DNA of 64,000 nucleotides from Aulosira sp. ZfuVER01 (GTDB taxonomy: Bacteria > Cyanobacteriota > Cyanobacteriia > Cyanobacteriales > Nostocaceae), in NCBI GenBank assembly GCA_034530615.2, contig JAVRCV020000006.1:64001-128000 (forward strand), read 5' to 3'. The notes below the pieces were generated by a model, which saw nothing but the letters and a program-made list of their open reading frames with translations, was not told the DNA's origin and did not search any database. Shown here in pieces: positions 30,933 through 40,874 of this stretch. The translations under genes and the position numbers were made by a program. Positions within the stretch are counted from its first letter, which is position 1; every line of letters starts with the position of its first letter.

Positions 30933-31168
30933 GCTGTTTTCCGTTTTTATACTGGCACAGTGTGCTGTACTGTGCTTGGTTCATCAGTCAAGCTAAAAGT
31001 TTGTAGGCGATCGCAGTTTTATGTTGCTTATGCTGCAATTTATAGCAAAATTGACCTCTTTGCCTCAATAGTAGCAATAGCAAAATGCTCGAAATGCCTG
31101 ATTACCTTTTCATTTGAGAAATTTACGCATTTATAACCGTATAAATTGATGCTTTCAATTCGGGATAA

Positions 31169-32452
31169 CTATTTAACAACAGGTAATTGAACGCTCACAA
31201 TAGTCCCTGTTAATTGCTGAGACTGAATAGATAACTTTCCACCATGAGCATTGACAATGCGTTTGGTAATAGCAAGCCCTAATCCAGTACCTTCAGGTTT
31301 TGTAGAGAAGAATGGTTGAGAAAGCTTGCAGAGGATTTCTGGTGGAATTGGATTACCCCCATTACGTATATTAATGTAAACTTCATCTTCTAGAGAAGTA
31401 TCTACTTCCCACTTAATAACATCTCCATCTCCAACCGCCTCACAAGCATTGCGGACTATGTTAATAAAAACTTGTTTAAGTTTATCCTTGTCCCCGGCAA
31501 TTTTTACCGTTGATAATGCTGATATAAATTCTATTTTCCGTTCTAGCGCTTCTGGCATTTCGCGGATTATTAGCAGCAACTCACTAATGAATTCATTTAC
31601 ATCTAATTGAGAAAGTTGTAATACCTGGGGCTTGGCATAGAGTAAAATTTCACTTAATAACCGTTCTAGACGACTAGCTTCGCTCAGTGCTAACCCTAAT
31701 CTCTCTTGAGCAGCTTCAGTCAGAATAGTTTTTTGAAAATATTTCAATCCCATAATCATGGTAGTTAAGGGATTACGAATTTCATGCACAATTATGGAAG
31801 AAAATTCTCCAATAGCTGCCAATCTTTCCTGCTCTACAAGTTTAGCTTGGGCTGCTCGTAATTCTGCTGTGCGTTTTTCTACTTCAGCTTCTAGTATTTG
31901 ATTAAATTGACACTGTTGCTGATAGAGATGATAGTGATCAATTGCTGTAGCTGCACGTTCAGCAAACAGTTCTACAATTTGAATTTCATCAGTATTAAAT
32001 TCACGTGCTTGTCGATGAAAAGAGCAAACTGTACCAAATACTTCACCTTCAGAAGTTTGCAAAGGTATCCCTAAATATGCTCGATAACCTGGTGCTGGTC
32101 TGCCATATTCTGGATTAGTAACAGCATCTTCAACAGCCAATGTTCGCTTAATTTGCATGACTGTAGCAATGAGCCGACCATGTAGTGCATAAACACGAGG
32201 TGCATCTTCAGCCATGTCAATACTACTTGCTAAAATAGTTTCAAAACCTTCTTGGCAATAGGTAACAACAGTCCAATCAACTCCTATTAATTCGCTGACT
32301 CCGCAGGCAATATTGTGCAAATAGCAGCTCAGTTCACCAGTACGATAGTTCAAAGAGGATAAAAGTTCTATGATCCGTCGCTCACGCTGCCATCTTTGGG
32401 TTTGCAACAACATTTGATCTTCACTGGCTTTGCTCATAGATGCCTGTTGCAT
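31169..32452 (-). CDS. GAF-domain sensor histidine kinase
   Basis: GAF (YLGIPL...GTVCSF...FAERAA), H-box IVHEIRNPL, FFSTKPEGTGLGL. Confidence 0.92.
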   Translation of the reverse strand: MQQASMSKASEDQMLLQTQRWQRERRIIELLSSLNYRTGELSCYLHNIACGVSELIGVDWTVVTYCQEGFETILASSIDMAEDAPRVYALHGRLIATVMQIKRTLAVEDAVTNPEYGRPAPGYRAYLGIPLQTSEGEVFGTVCSFHRQAREFNTDEIQIVELFAERAATAIDHYHLYQQQCQFNQILEAEVEKRTAELRAAQAKLVEQERLAAIGEFSSIIVHEIRNPLTTMIMGLKYFQKTILTEAAQERLGLALSEASRLERLLSEILLYAKPQVLQLSQLDVNEFISELLLIIREMPEALERKIEFISALSTVKIAGDKDKLKQVFINIVRNACEAVGDGDVIKWEVDTSLEDEVYINIRNGGNPIPPEILCKLSQPFFSTKPEGTGLGLAITKRIVNAHGGKLSIQSQQLTGTIVSVQLPVVK

Positions 32453-32881
32453 GGTTTAACAAAATAATTTCAAAAAGTTAAATAATAAATTTTCTATTCT
32501 AAATAGAAATTTAGAACATCAAGCTAGTAGCTTTTCAAGATAACTTTGATGGTTTCATCAGGTTTTTAGCTCTAAATTCAGTACTAAAATTTTGACGACG
32601 AACCTGACAAAGTTGTTATCTGCGCAGTACTAGTTTGATAGAAAGATTTTACTAGAGATATATGCGATTCGTATACAGCATAATTATGAAAATTTACTTA
32701 AATAAACTTAAATTGATGCAAGATATGCTGAAACCTTAGATTTTGCTGAGAAATGCCTAAGAAATTTCTCGACAAAATATCAGCTTTAGAGATGTAAATC
32801 TTTAGATATGCATAATTTTTTTATTCTTAATTCAAGCAACAATCAATTTAAAGCTCAAGCACAAATAAGGAATTTGTAATT

Positions 32882-33406
32882 ATGCAATTAAGACATTTAT
32901 TAATAGCAAGTACTGCATCGATATTGATGCTTGGTTGTGTTGGTCAAGTTTCTAATAGCCAAGATGTTAAAAGTTCGGGAAATGCTGTTGTTACTAAAGC
33001 ATCGACGCCAGCGACATCTTTAGCCCAGTCAACAAAAGCTCAAAACACCACTGCTATTAAGTCAGGCACATTTTTTTCTGGAGAACATACAACTAAAGGA
33101 ATAGTGCGTATTACTACCAAAGATGGCAAATCTATTCTAGAGCTTGATAAGTCATTTAAAACCTCTACCTCAGGGCCAGACTTAGTAGTAGTTTTGCATC
33201 GTTCAGATAACGTATTGGGTTCAACTCAGCCACCATCCTATTCATTGAAAAAAGGTGATTATGTGGTTCTTGCTCCCTTACAAAAATACAATGGCGCTCA
33301 AAGTTATGCCATTCCTAACAACATTAACCTAGCAGATTATAAATCAGCTGCGATTTGGTGTCGTAAGTTCAATGCTACTTTTGGTGCTGCCAAGTTGAGT
33401 GGTTGA
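32882..33406 (+). CDS. DM13 domain lipoprotein
   Basis: Lipobox LMLGC; GPDLVVVL and IWCRKFNATFGAA. Confidence 0.88.
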   Translation: MQLRHLLIASTASILMLGCVGQVSNSQDVKSSGNAVVTKASTPATSLAQSTKAQNTTAIKSGTFFSGEHTTKGIVRITTKDGKSILELDKSFKTSTSGPDLVVVLHRSDNVLGSTQPPSYSLKKGDYVVLAPLQKYNGAQSYAIPNNINLADYKSAAIWCRKFNATFGAAKLSG

Positions 33407-33581
33407 GGAATGGCAGATGGCAGATGGCAGGAGGCAGAAGGGAAGGAGGATGAGGAGACGCGAGGAAGTGAGAAATAATAAATGAAAAAAGACAAATGAT
33501 TCAACACTTTTTCAAGGTAATAGGAACAATTAAGATGCCTGGATTGAAGACTTCAGGATTAAAAATATCAGGAGAAACTTT

Positions 33582-34379
33582 ATGAAGTTAGAAGGAAAAG
33601 TTGCTTTAGTTACTGGTAGCAGTCAAGGAATTGGACAGGGAATAGTCCTACGTCTTGCTCAAGAAGGGGCGAATGTTGCGATCAACTACCGCTCTCATCC
33701 AGAAGGTGCTGAGGAAACTTTGGCTAAGGTACAGGCGGTTGGCGGTAATTGTCACATGGCGCAGTGTCCAAAATCTCAAGGTTACACTGTGAAGGCAGAT
33801 TTGGGCAGTGTTAATGAGGTACGTCAACTAATTGCCGAAAGCATTCAGCATTTTGGCAAGTTAGATATTTTGGTGAATAATGCAGGAATTGAAAAACACG
33901 CTCCTTTTTGGGAAGTTGCAGAAGCAGATTATGATGCGGTGATGAATGTCAATTTAAAAGGAGTTTTCTTTGCCACTCAAGCTTTTGTTCAACATCTAAT
34001 TGAAACTCAGCGCACTGGCAAAATTATTAATATTAGTTCGGTGCATGAAGAGTTACCATTTCCCAATTTCACGGCTTACTGTGCCAGCAAAGGCGGAATG
34101 AAAATGCTGACTCGCAACTTAGCAGTTGAATTGGGCGCTTTGGGAATAACTATTAATAATGTTGCACCAGGAGCCATAGAAACTCCTATTAATACTAAAC
34201 TGTTAAACAATCCAGAAAAATTGGGGGCACTGTTACAAAATATTCCGCTTGGTCGTTTGGGTCAACCACAAGATGTTGCTTCCTTAGTGGCATTCTTAGC
34301 TTCTGCTGATGCTGACTACATCACAGGTAGCACGTTCTTTGTGGATGGTGGATTGTTGTGGAACTATCAAGAACAGTAG
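33582..34379 (+). CDS. SDR family oxidoreductase (glucose 1-dehydrogenase-like)
   Basis: TGSSQGIG, NNAG, SSVHE, YCASK, PGAIETPIN. Confidence 0.92.
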   Translation: MKLEGKVALVTGSSQGIGQGIVLRLAQEGANVAINYRSHPEGAEETLAKVQAVGGNCHMAQCPKSQGYTVKADLGSVNEVRQLIAESIQHFGKLDILVNNAGIEKHAPFWEVAEADYDAVMNVNLKGVFFATQAFVQHLIETQRTGKIINISSVHEELPFPNFTAYCASKGGMKMLTRNLAVELGALGITINNVAPGAIETPINTKLLNNPEKLGALLQNIPLGRLGQPQDVASLVAFLASADADYITGSTFFVDGGLLWNYQEQ

Positions 34380-34392
34380 GGGGAAGAAAACT

Positions 34393-35106
34393 ATGTTAGA
34401 TTCATCTCTATTTATTCCAGTTATCCTGGGTACTCCCCGTAAAGGACGCCAAAGTGAATATGTTGCGAAGTTTATTGTTGAACAGGTTGCCGTACGCGAT
34501 CGCTTACATACCGAACTGATAGATATTAGAAATATAGCGATCGCAACTGATGATGCAGGTGAATCGATCAAAGATCCTCAGTTTGCTGCAACTATGGAAC
34601 GGGCTGATGGATTAATTATTGTTGCACCAGAATACAATCATGGCTATCCTGGTTTGCTCAAGCACGTACTTGATACCTGTCTCAAAGAATACATCCATAA
34701 AGCTGTGGGATTGTGCGGTGTCTCAGCAGGGCCTTTTGGTGGTACAAGGGTTATCCAAAACTTATTACCTGTAATGCGGGAGTTAGGGCTAGTCACAATT
34801 TTTTATGACCTCAACTTTGGCGATGTTCAGAAATTATTTGATGAGTCAGGTAATTTAATCGATAAACCAACCTACATTCGCCGTATGCAAAGGTTTATGG
34901 ACGAGTTAGTTTGGATGTCCACAGTCTTAAAATATGGGCGGGAAGTAGTCAGCTTAGAGAAGCAAGATAATAACCAAGTTAATCTTCATGCCAACAAGCC
35001 TTGTCCGGAGATGGCTACGCGCATGGGTGTAGATGCAATGGAGACTGTACTGCAAGTTGGGCTATGTACTCAGACTGGCAAGGTGGAAGCTACTCCGCTT
35101 AGTTGA
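34393..35106 (+). CDS. NADPH-dependent FMN reductase
   Basis: GTPRKGRQS, PEYNHGYPGLLKHVLD, SAGPFGG. Confidence 0.88.
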   Translation: MLDSSLFIPVILGTPRKGRQSEYVAKFIVEQVAVRDRLHTELIDIRNIAIATDDAGESIKDPQFAATMERADGLIIVAPEYNHGYPGLLKHVLDTCLKEYIHKAVGLCGVSAGPFGGTRVIQNLLPVMRELGLVTIFYDLNFGDVQKLFDESGNLIDKPTYIRRMQRFMDELVWMSTVLKYGREVVSLEKQDNNQVNLHANKPCPEMATRMGVDAMETVLQVGLCTQTGKVEATPLS

Positions 35107-35163
35107 GCTTTGATTTTGAAACGCAGAGGTGCGCAGAGTTTTAATGAATGAGAGGTAATTAAA

Positions 35164-35661
35164 ATGACAGTCAATCTACAAGGAGTAGTGCAGCAACCAG
35201 GGCAAGGTTCTTCCTATTGGGTGCTGGGAGATTTGTACACTTTTAAGGCAGTGGGTGAAGATACTGGCAAAGCTTATGCTTTAGTTGAGATTACCGTGCA
35301 ACCACAGAGTGGTACACCACCCCATATTCATAATCACGAAAACGAATCTTTTTATATTCAAGAGGGAGAGTTGGAATTTCAGCTTGATGAGCAGATAGTT
35401 GTAGCGACTCCTGGCACTTTTCTCCATTCTCCCAAAGGTCAACTCCACAGGTTTACAAATGTCAGTACAGAACCAGCAAAATTATTGTGTTGGATAACAC
35501 CAGCAGGATTAGAGACATTTTTCATAGAAGTAGGTGTGCCAGCAGGAGAGATAACGCAGTCACCAACGGTTAGCCCCGCGGATATCGAAAAAGTCATAGC
35601 AGCAGCCCCAAGATATGGACTGGAGATTATTCCTCCACCAAGTGAAACGCCCGCAGGCTAG
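35164..35661 (+). CDS. cupin domain protein (quercetin 2,3-dioxygenase-like)
   Basis: PPHIHNHENESFYIQEG and PKGQLHRF cupin motifs. Confidence 0.88.
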   Translation: MTVNLQGVVQQPGQGSSYWVLGDLYTFKAVGEDTGKAYALVEITVQPQSGTPPHIHNHENESFYIQEGELEFQLDEQIVVATPGTFLHSPKGQLHRFTNVSTEPAKLLCWITPAGLETFFIEVGVPAGEITQSPTVSPADIEKVIAAAPRYGLEIIPPPSETPAG

Positions 35662-35756
35662 AAGCTCTACCATGACTCACATTTTTGCCTCATCCCGCCC
35701 ACAACAGAAGGCTAATATTAGCTAATGACTAAGACACATCATACCCATGTGTCTTA

Positions 35757-35878
35757 TCATGTCCGTTCAAACGGCCGTCATTGCGATCGGAGGGAAGCAA
35801 TCTCAAAAACCCCGCGATTTCGTCGTTCCACTGGGTTTCACTCGCAATGACATATTAAGGGTAATTTGCTGGACATCA
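35757..35878. mobile_element. palindromic MITE/RPE-like element
   Basis: Inner inverted repeat gtcattgcga (35777) / tcgcaatgac (35842); outer atgtcc / ggacat pair. Confidence 0.6.
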
Positions 35879-36111
35879 TATCAAGCACTAAAACCAAGCG
35901 CAGCAAAGGCACAAATGCGTGTCTCTGCTTTGGGAACTTATTGCCACCAAGCTACTCAAATTTATTGTTGGCACTAATTACTGGCTAGCTGCGTCACTTA
36001 GCTGACTCAGCTATATCTGCATCAGTTTTTCTAATGCAATAATTTAGTGTTTGTATTGTGTGGAATGTTATAAATTAACGTCCTCTATTCAGCATAAATA
36101 TTTAGGCAGTA

Positions 36112-38337
36112 ATGGCAACTCTGTTTCATCTCAAAACTATACGGGTTAACGCTTGGTTAGCCAACTTAACATCCATAGTGAAATTGCCTTTGGTGCGTCC
36201 AAGTTGGCGGTTAATTAAGCGCCTGCTCCCATTTCTGTTTGCGATATCATTTGCTACAGTTTTACTGCTGGAAAACCTTACCCCTGCAACGGCTCAACTA
36301 TCCCAGCTACCTCCTCAAGAAATTCGCGGAGTTTGGCTAACTAATAATGATTTTGATATTTTGAGCGATCGCTCTAAACTCCAAGATGCAATTGGGCAAC
36401 TGCGCCGACTGAACTTTAACACTATTTATCCTGTAGTTTGGAATGATGGTTATCCAAAATATCCTAGTGCAGTAGCAAAACAAGCAGGTATTCCTTTTTT
36501 CTTCAAAGGTAAAGAAGGCCACGACATAATTGCAGACATCGTTACTCAAGCCCGTGGTCAAGGAGTACTCGCCATACCTTGGTTTGAGTTTGGTTTTATG
36601 GCTCCCCTCACTTCAGAACTAGCATCAAACCATCCAGATTGGCTGACGCAAAAGCAGGATGGAACCCAAACTTCGATTAGTGCTGCGGGTGAGGTAGCTT
36701 GGCTGAATCCCTTTCACCCAGAAGTGCAAAAGTTTATTACCGATCTCGTCTTAGAAATCATCACCCAATATAACGCTGATGGGATTCAATTTGACGACCA
36801 CATGAGCTTACCGTTTGAATTTGGTTACGACAAGTACACAATTAATTTGTATACTCAAGAAACTGGTAGCCCTCCTCCGCCCAATCCTCACGCCCAAGCA
36901 TGGAAGCAATGGCGAACTGATAAAATCACAGCTTTTATGGTTCAGCTCAACCAAGCTGTGAAAGCCCGAAAACCCAACGCAATTTTCTCTGTTTCTCCCA
37001 ATTACTACGACTTTGCTTACAAATATCAACTCCAAGACTGGCTGAACTGGGTGCGGTTGGGCGTTGTAGACGAGCTTGTTGTCCAACTTTACCGTAACGA
37101 TCTGGACAGTTTTTACAGTAAACTTACAAGCCCAGAAATTATAGAGACACAACAATTAATACCGACTGGTATCGGTATTATGGCAGGGTTGAGAAATCGC
37201 CCAGTTTCTATGCAACAAATTCAGTCTCAAGTACGGGCGGCTAAACAACGCGGTTTAGGTGCCACCTTTTTCTACTACGAAAGCCTTTGGGATTATGCAC
37301 CAGAATCAGTCGCACAGCGACAAGCTGGATTTCTAGAACTTTTTGCTAATCCTGCTGTGCGCGATCCTTCCCAATTTACAGCCCGTAAGCCCAGTTTTAA
37401 TACCATATCAGTTCCTTTATATCTAAAAGGTTCCATTGGTCAACGGGTGCGAGGCTATTTTATGGAGGTAGCCATAGCAGGTGGTCAGCCAAAACGTTTA
37501 TTAATGGATACAGGCTCATCTGGGTTGAGAGTTCCTCAAGAATTTTTAGGTAATGCTCCCATCAAAAGAACTGGTCAAATTATCAAGGAAGTTTTAAATG
37601 ATGGTACTGTCCTGGAAGGAGAGTTAGTTTACACTACTATGCAGATTGGTCTCATCGCCACAGAAGAACCTGTTCCTGTGCAAGTCGTGACTAGTCGCCA
37701 ATGTATTCCCCAAAAACCTAATTGCTCTGCAAAAAGTAGTACATCATTCTCCGGTATTATCGGTGTCAACTATTCTGAAAAAGCTCTTCCCTATAACCCA
37801 TTACGAAAACTACCAGGAAATATCAGTAACGGATTTATCGTGACTGGTAATGGCGGTAGTAAAAATAACGGTAGCCTAATTCTCGGTTTAACAACAAATA
37901 ATCGAGATGGTTTCAAGATGGTTTCCTTAAGTCAACAACCTGCGATTAGTGATATACCCGGTAATCGGTGGGACTCCAGAGTTAACGGAGTTTGTTTAAC
38001 TATTTCTGGGAGTTCTATGAAAAATACCTGTAACGGTAAAATAGTCGCTGATACAGGAACAAGCAGTGGTTTTACTGAAGTTAAGTCTGCTTCGCTGATG
38101 GGTAAACTCAAACCAGGAAGATTACGGACAGAAAATGCTGTGAAGGTGTCAATTCCTGGGGTTTTTGACTATAATTTGGCACCGGGAAATCGTGACGGCT
38201 TTAATTTGTGGAACATCAGTATCTCTGCAAAAGCGGACAATCCTGTGGTTGTGAATAGTGGGATTGCATTTTTTGACAAATACGATGTACTGTTTGACCC
38301 AGTGAATGGACAACAGGGTTTTCGCAGCCGTAGGTGA
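36112..38337 (+). CDS. GHL10 (DUF187/YddW-like) glycoside hydrolase fused to a pepsin-like aspartic protease domain
   Basis: EIRGVWL, PWFEFG, WLNPFHPEVQ, DGIQFDDH; C-terminal part has two DTG motifs, GIIGV and FFDKYDVLFD..NGQQGF. Confidence 0.8.
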   Translation: MATLFHLKTIRVNAWLANLTSIVKLPLVRPSWRLIKRLLPFLFAISFATVLLLENLTPATAQLSQLPPQEIRGVWLTNNDFDILSDRSKLQDAIGQLRRLNFNTIYPVVWNDGYPKYPSAVAKQAGIPFFFKGKEGHDIIADIVTQARGQGVLAIPWFEFGFMAPLTSELASNHPDWLTQKQDGTQTSISAAGEVAWLNPFHPEVQKFITDLVLEIITQYNADGIQFDDHMSLPFEFGYDKYTINLYTQETGSPPPPNPHAQAWKQWRTDKITAFMVQLNQAVKARKPNAIFSVSPNYYDFAYKYQLQDWLNWVRLGVVDELVVQLYRNDLDSFYSKLTSPEIIETQQLIPTGIGIMAGLRNRPVSMQQIQSQVRAAKQRGLGATFFYYESLWDYAPESVAQRQAGFLELFANPAVRDPSQFTARKPSFNTISVPLYLKGSIGQRVRGYFMEVAIAGGQPKRLLMDTGSSGLRVPQEFLGNAPIKRTGQIIKEVLNDGTVLEGELVYTTMQIGLIATEEPVPVQVVTSRQCIPQKPNCSAKSSTSFSGIIGVNYSEKALPYNPLRKLPGNISNGFIVTGNGGSKNNGSLILGLTTNNRDGFKMVSLSQQPAISDIPGNRWDSRVNGVCLTISGSSMKNTCNGKIVADTGTSSGFTEVKSASLMGKLKPGRLRTENAVKVSIPGVFDYNLAPGNRDGFNLWNISISAKADNPVVVNSGIAFFDKYDVLFDPVNGQQGFRSRR

Positions 38338-38399
38338 AAAATCTTTGCTGCATCTGCGCCAGCAAAAAGCTCTCAAATAGGCAGTGATACAATTATCTC

Positions 38400-38672
38400 A
38401 TGCAGTTTGAGTGGAGCGAGAACAAAGCGGCAAGCAAACTCTCAAAGCATGGGGTCTCATTTGAGGAAGCCAAAACTGTTTTTGACGATCCTTTTTATGT
38501 TGATTTCTACGATCCAGATCATTCTGAAGATGAGGAGCGATACCTTATTGTTGGAGAGTCAAATCGAGGGCGATTGCTGATTGTGTCATATACCGAAAGA
38601 GGAAATTCAATTCGCCTCATTAGTGCTAGAGAAGTGACACGAACCGAGCGACAAGTCTATGAAGAAGGATAA
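38400..38672 (+). CDS. brnT: BrnT family toxin
   Basis: FEW...K...KHGVSFEEA...EERY...IRLISAR signature. Confidence 0.92.
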   Translation: MQFEWSENKAASKLSKHGVSFEEAKTVFDDPFYVDFYDPDHSEDEERYLIVGESNRGRLLIVSYTERGNSIRLISAREVTRTERQVYEEG

Positions 38673-38931
38673 ATCAAAAATGGAAGATGAGCTACGAGCA
38701 GAGTATGACTTGAAAAGCTTACGAGTCAGAAGATTAGGCTCTGGAAGAAAAAGTTTTGGTGGAACTACTGTGCGCTTAGAACCTGATGTTGCACAGATGT
38801 TTCCCAGTGCTGATGCAGTTAATGAAGCGTTATGATTTCTGATCAGAGTGATGCGAGATAATCAAGCATTTGCTCCCATCGCTCAGGCTAACAAGTTGTT
38901 AGAGCAGACTGACGAAAGTCCTCAGGGCTAA
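38659..38931 (+). pseudogene. BrnT-cognate antitoxin with premature stop at 38833-38835
   Basis: EDELRAEYD...VRLEPDVAQMFPSADAVNEAL*FLIR; TGA falls where Arg (CGA) is expected and the frame stays open to 38931. Confidence 0.78.
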
Positions 38932-39071
38932 GTCTAAGCTTGTTTTTTTATAGTGCGATCGCTCTGGGTTTACTTGAAGAAAAAGGCTACTGCGATCGCA
39001 AAAAAACCTGGAATATGCAATTAACTATAAAATCAAACTAGGTTTATCACAAGAATGCGAGCAATTCTGCT

Positions 39072-39613
39072 ATGAAGACGTTGGCTAAATGGTCTGTAGA
39101 CGACTATCATCGCATGATTGAGGCAGGCATTCTGCGCGGTCGTCATGTGGAATTGCTAGCAGGCGAAATTGTCGAGATGAGTCCAGAAACGCCAATTCAT
39201 TACACCACAGCAAAACGAGGTGCAAAATATTTAGAAGAATTGCTGTCAGGTAAAGCTGATGTTCGTTTCGATGGCCCAATTACACTATCCAACTCCGAAC
39301 CAGAACCTGATATTGCAATTGTTCGACTTCCAGAATTAACCTATAGCGATCGCCATCCTGCACCTGCTGATATATTCTGGATTGTGGAAGTTGCCAACAC
39401 TAGCTTAAAAAAAGACTTGGATCTCAAAGCAGCGATTTATGCAACGGCTGGAATTCCGGAATATTGGGTTTTAGACTTATCTACCAAGCAAATGATTGTG
39501 TTCAGAAACCCTCAACCTGGTAAGTACACTGAAGAATATACTATTGCGTCAGAAGGATTACACCACTAGCTTTCCCAGAAGTTTCAGTTTCTGTAAATGG
39601 GCTTTTCTCCTGA
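39072..39613 (+). pseudogene. Uma2 family endonuclease with a frameshift near 39555
   Basis: WSVDDYHRMIEAG, SEPEPDI, GIPEYWV; the family C-terminus ITPLAFPEVSVSV continues in the -1 frame (39557-39613). Confidence 0.8.
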
Positions 39614-39894
39614 GAGGATGCGATCGCACTATCGCTTAGAGTTGACTTGAAGAGAACAGGTAGTGCGATCGCCCACGTCTCATCTTTCAAACCATCTGCG
39701 ACTGTTACATCCCAATCACTATCAACTTCAGCAGATGCTTGTCGGTAAGCTTCCTCTAGTTCCCGGTTACGTAGCAATTCTAATGCTTCTTCAATCACTT
39801 GAGAACGAGATTTACATCCTTTATTCAGCTTGTAATTTTCGATAAACGCCACTAAAGACGGTGGTAGAGAAATGGATAGTTTTTCGACATTCAT
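39541..39894 (-). CDS. CopG/RHH antitoxin (MazE-like); natural stop lost, reads through; cognate toxin deleted
   Basis: KLSISLP...SRSQVIEEAL...LEEAY...WDVTVADGLKDETW; family-like sequence ends at about 39673, at a HIP1 site. Confidence 0.78.
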   Translation of the reverse strand: MNVEKLSISLPPSLVAFIENYKLNKGCKSRSQVIEEALELLRNRELEEAYRQASAEVDSDWDVTVADGLKDETWAIALPVLFKSTLSDSAIASSQEKSPFTETETSGKASGVILLTQ

Positions 39895-39904
39895 ATTCTT
39901 ACCT

Positions 39905-39932
39905 ATTAGTAGCAAAAATAATTCCTACTAAT
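39905..39932. promoter_or_regulatory. inverted repeat, probable autoregulatory operator of the RHH antitoxin
   Basis: attagtag-N12-ctactaat directly upstream of ATG 39894. Confidence 0.5.
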
Positions 39933-40149
39933 ATAGTAGCTAAATTTTGAATCGCAAAAGTGCGATCGCATAACAAGGGCAAATATCGCTTCTCCTGTAG
40001 GGTGCGTTGTCGCAAAATGCAACGCACCATTAATGACAAAGCATTTTATTACTTACAAGTGTCTAGCTACTTCCTATTAACTTTTATCAAGTTCGATAAC
40101 TTTAAGCGTATTTTGTTAACGTCCCGCATATAACCAGGAGATGCGATCG

Positions 40150-40526
40150 CTACCAATTGATTACCGCTAAAAACGTCACCTTGGCAAATTCCCGATCCGC
40201 AGTTACCAAACTTGCTGAATTTAGGATTGCCATTGCTGCAATTACTGCATCAGGTAATTTCAACCGATACTGCTGCCGAAGTTCAATGATTTTTTCAATC
40301 AACATTACATTACGCACTGTCAAGTCAACAACCTCCACTCGCTGAAGAAACTGTTGAAAAAGCAGGCGATCGGCTTGATTCAATCCAGGAAACGCCAGAA
40401 ATTCGATTTGGCTTATAACAGAAATCCCTATCCAATAGCATTTTGCAGTAGTTGAATGAGTTGAGAATTTCCTTGAAGTAGAGCTACAATCGCATTCGTA
40501 TCCAAGAGGTAGCGATTACCACTCAT
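40150..40526 (-). pseudogene. vapC: VapC/PIN toxin with a 1-nt frameshift near 40436
   Basis: MSGNRYLLDTNAI in one frame; WIGISVISQIEFL...LKLPDAVIAA...LVTADREF in another. Confidence 0.85.
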
Positions 40527-40740
40527 TCCGTAGAGTCCTTTGCATCGCTACCGCATTTCCTTGCCAAGTTAACCGTCCTACCAAGTCAGCAAAATCATAC
40601 TTGGGTTTCTGGTTCTCGTCTGAAGCAACCGGATTTAAAACAACTACTATATCTACTTCAACCGCAGGTAACTGAGTTGGAATGTTCAAATGCAAATACC
40701 CTGATTCATCGGTTTTCGTCGTTAGTTTTAGAACTTCCAT
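40516..40740 (-). CDS. putative VapB-type antitoxin
   Basis: Short ORF ending QRTLRNEW and overlapping the PIN gene start. Confidence 0.7.
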   Translation of the reverse strand: MEVLKLTTKTDESGYLHLNIPTQLPAVEVDIVVVLNPVASDENQKPKYDFADLVGRLTWQGNAVAMQRTLRNEW

Positions 40741-40874
40741 TACCAAATAAATTACTAAAGCTGATTTTATTTTATATCTACTTTCTATCAAAATTTTAGG
40801 GATGGTTTCGCAACCACCCCTATATTCCCCTCTTATTTAGAATTTACTTGTAGCACCCTTAGTGAAAAATATAA

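Noticed and set aside
38886..38940. Integron attC-like half site (gctaacaagttgttagagcagac) after the BrnT module
   Set aside because: It resembles an attC 5' end, but I find no complementary GTTRRRY end or full hairpin, and there is no integrase in the window.
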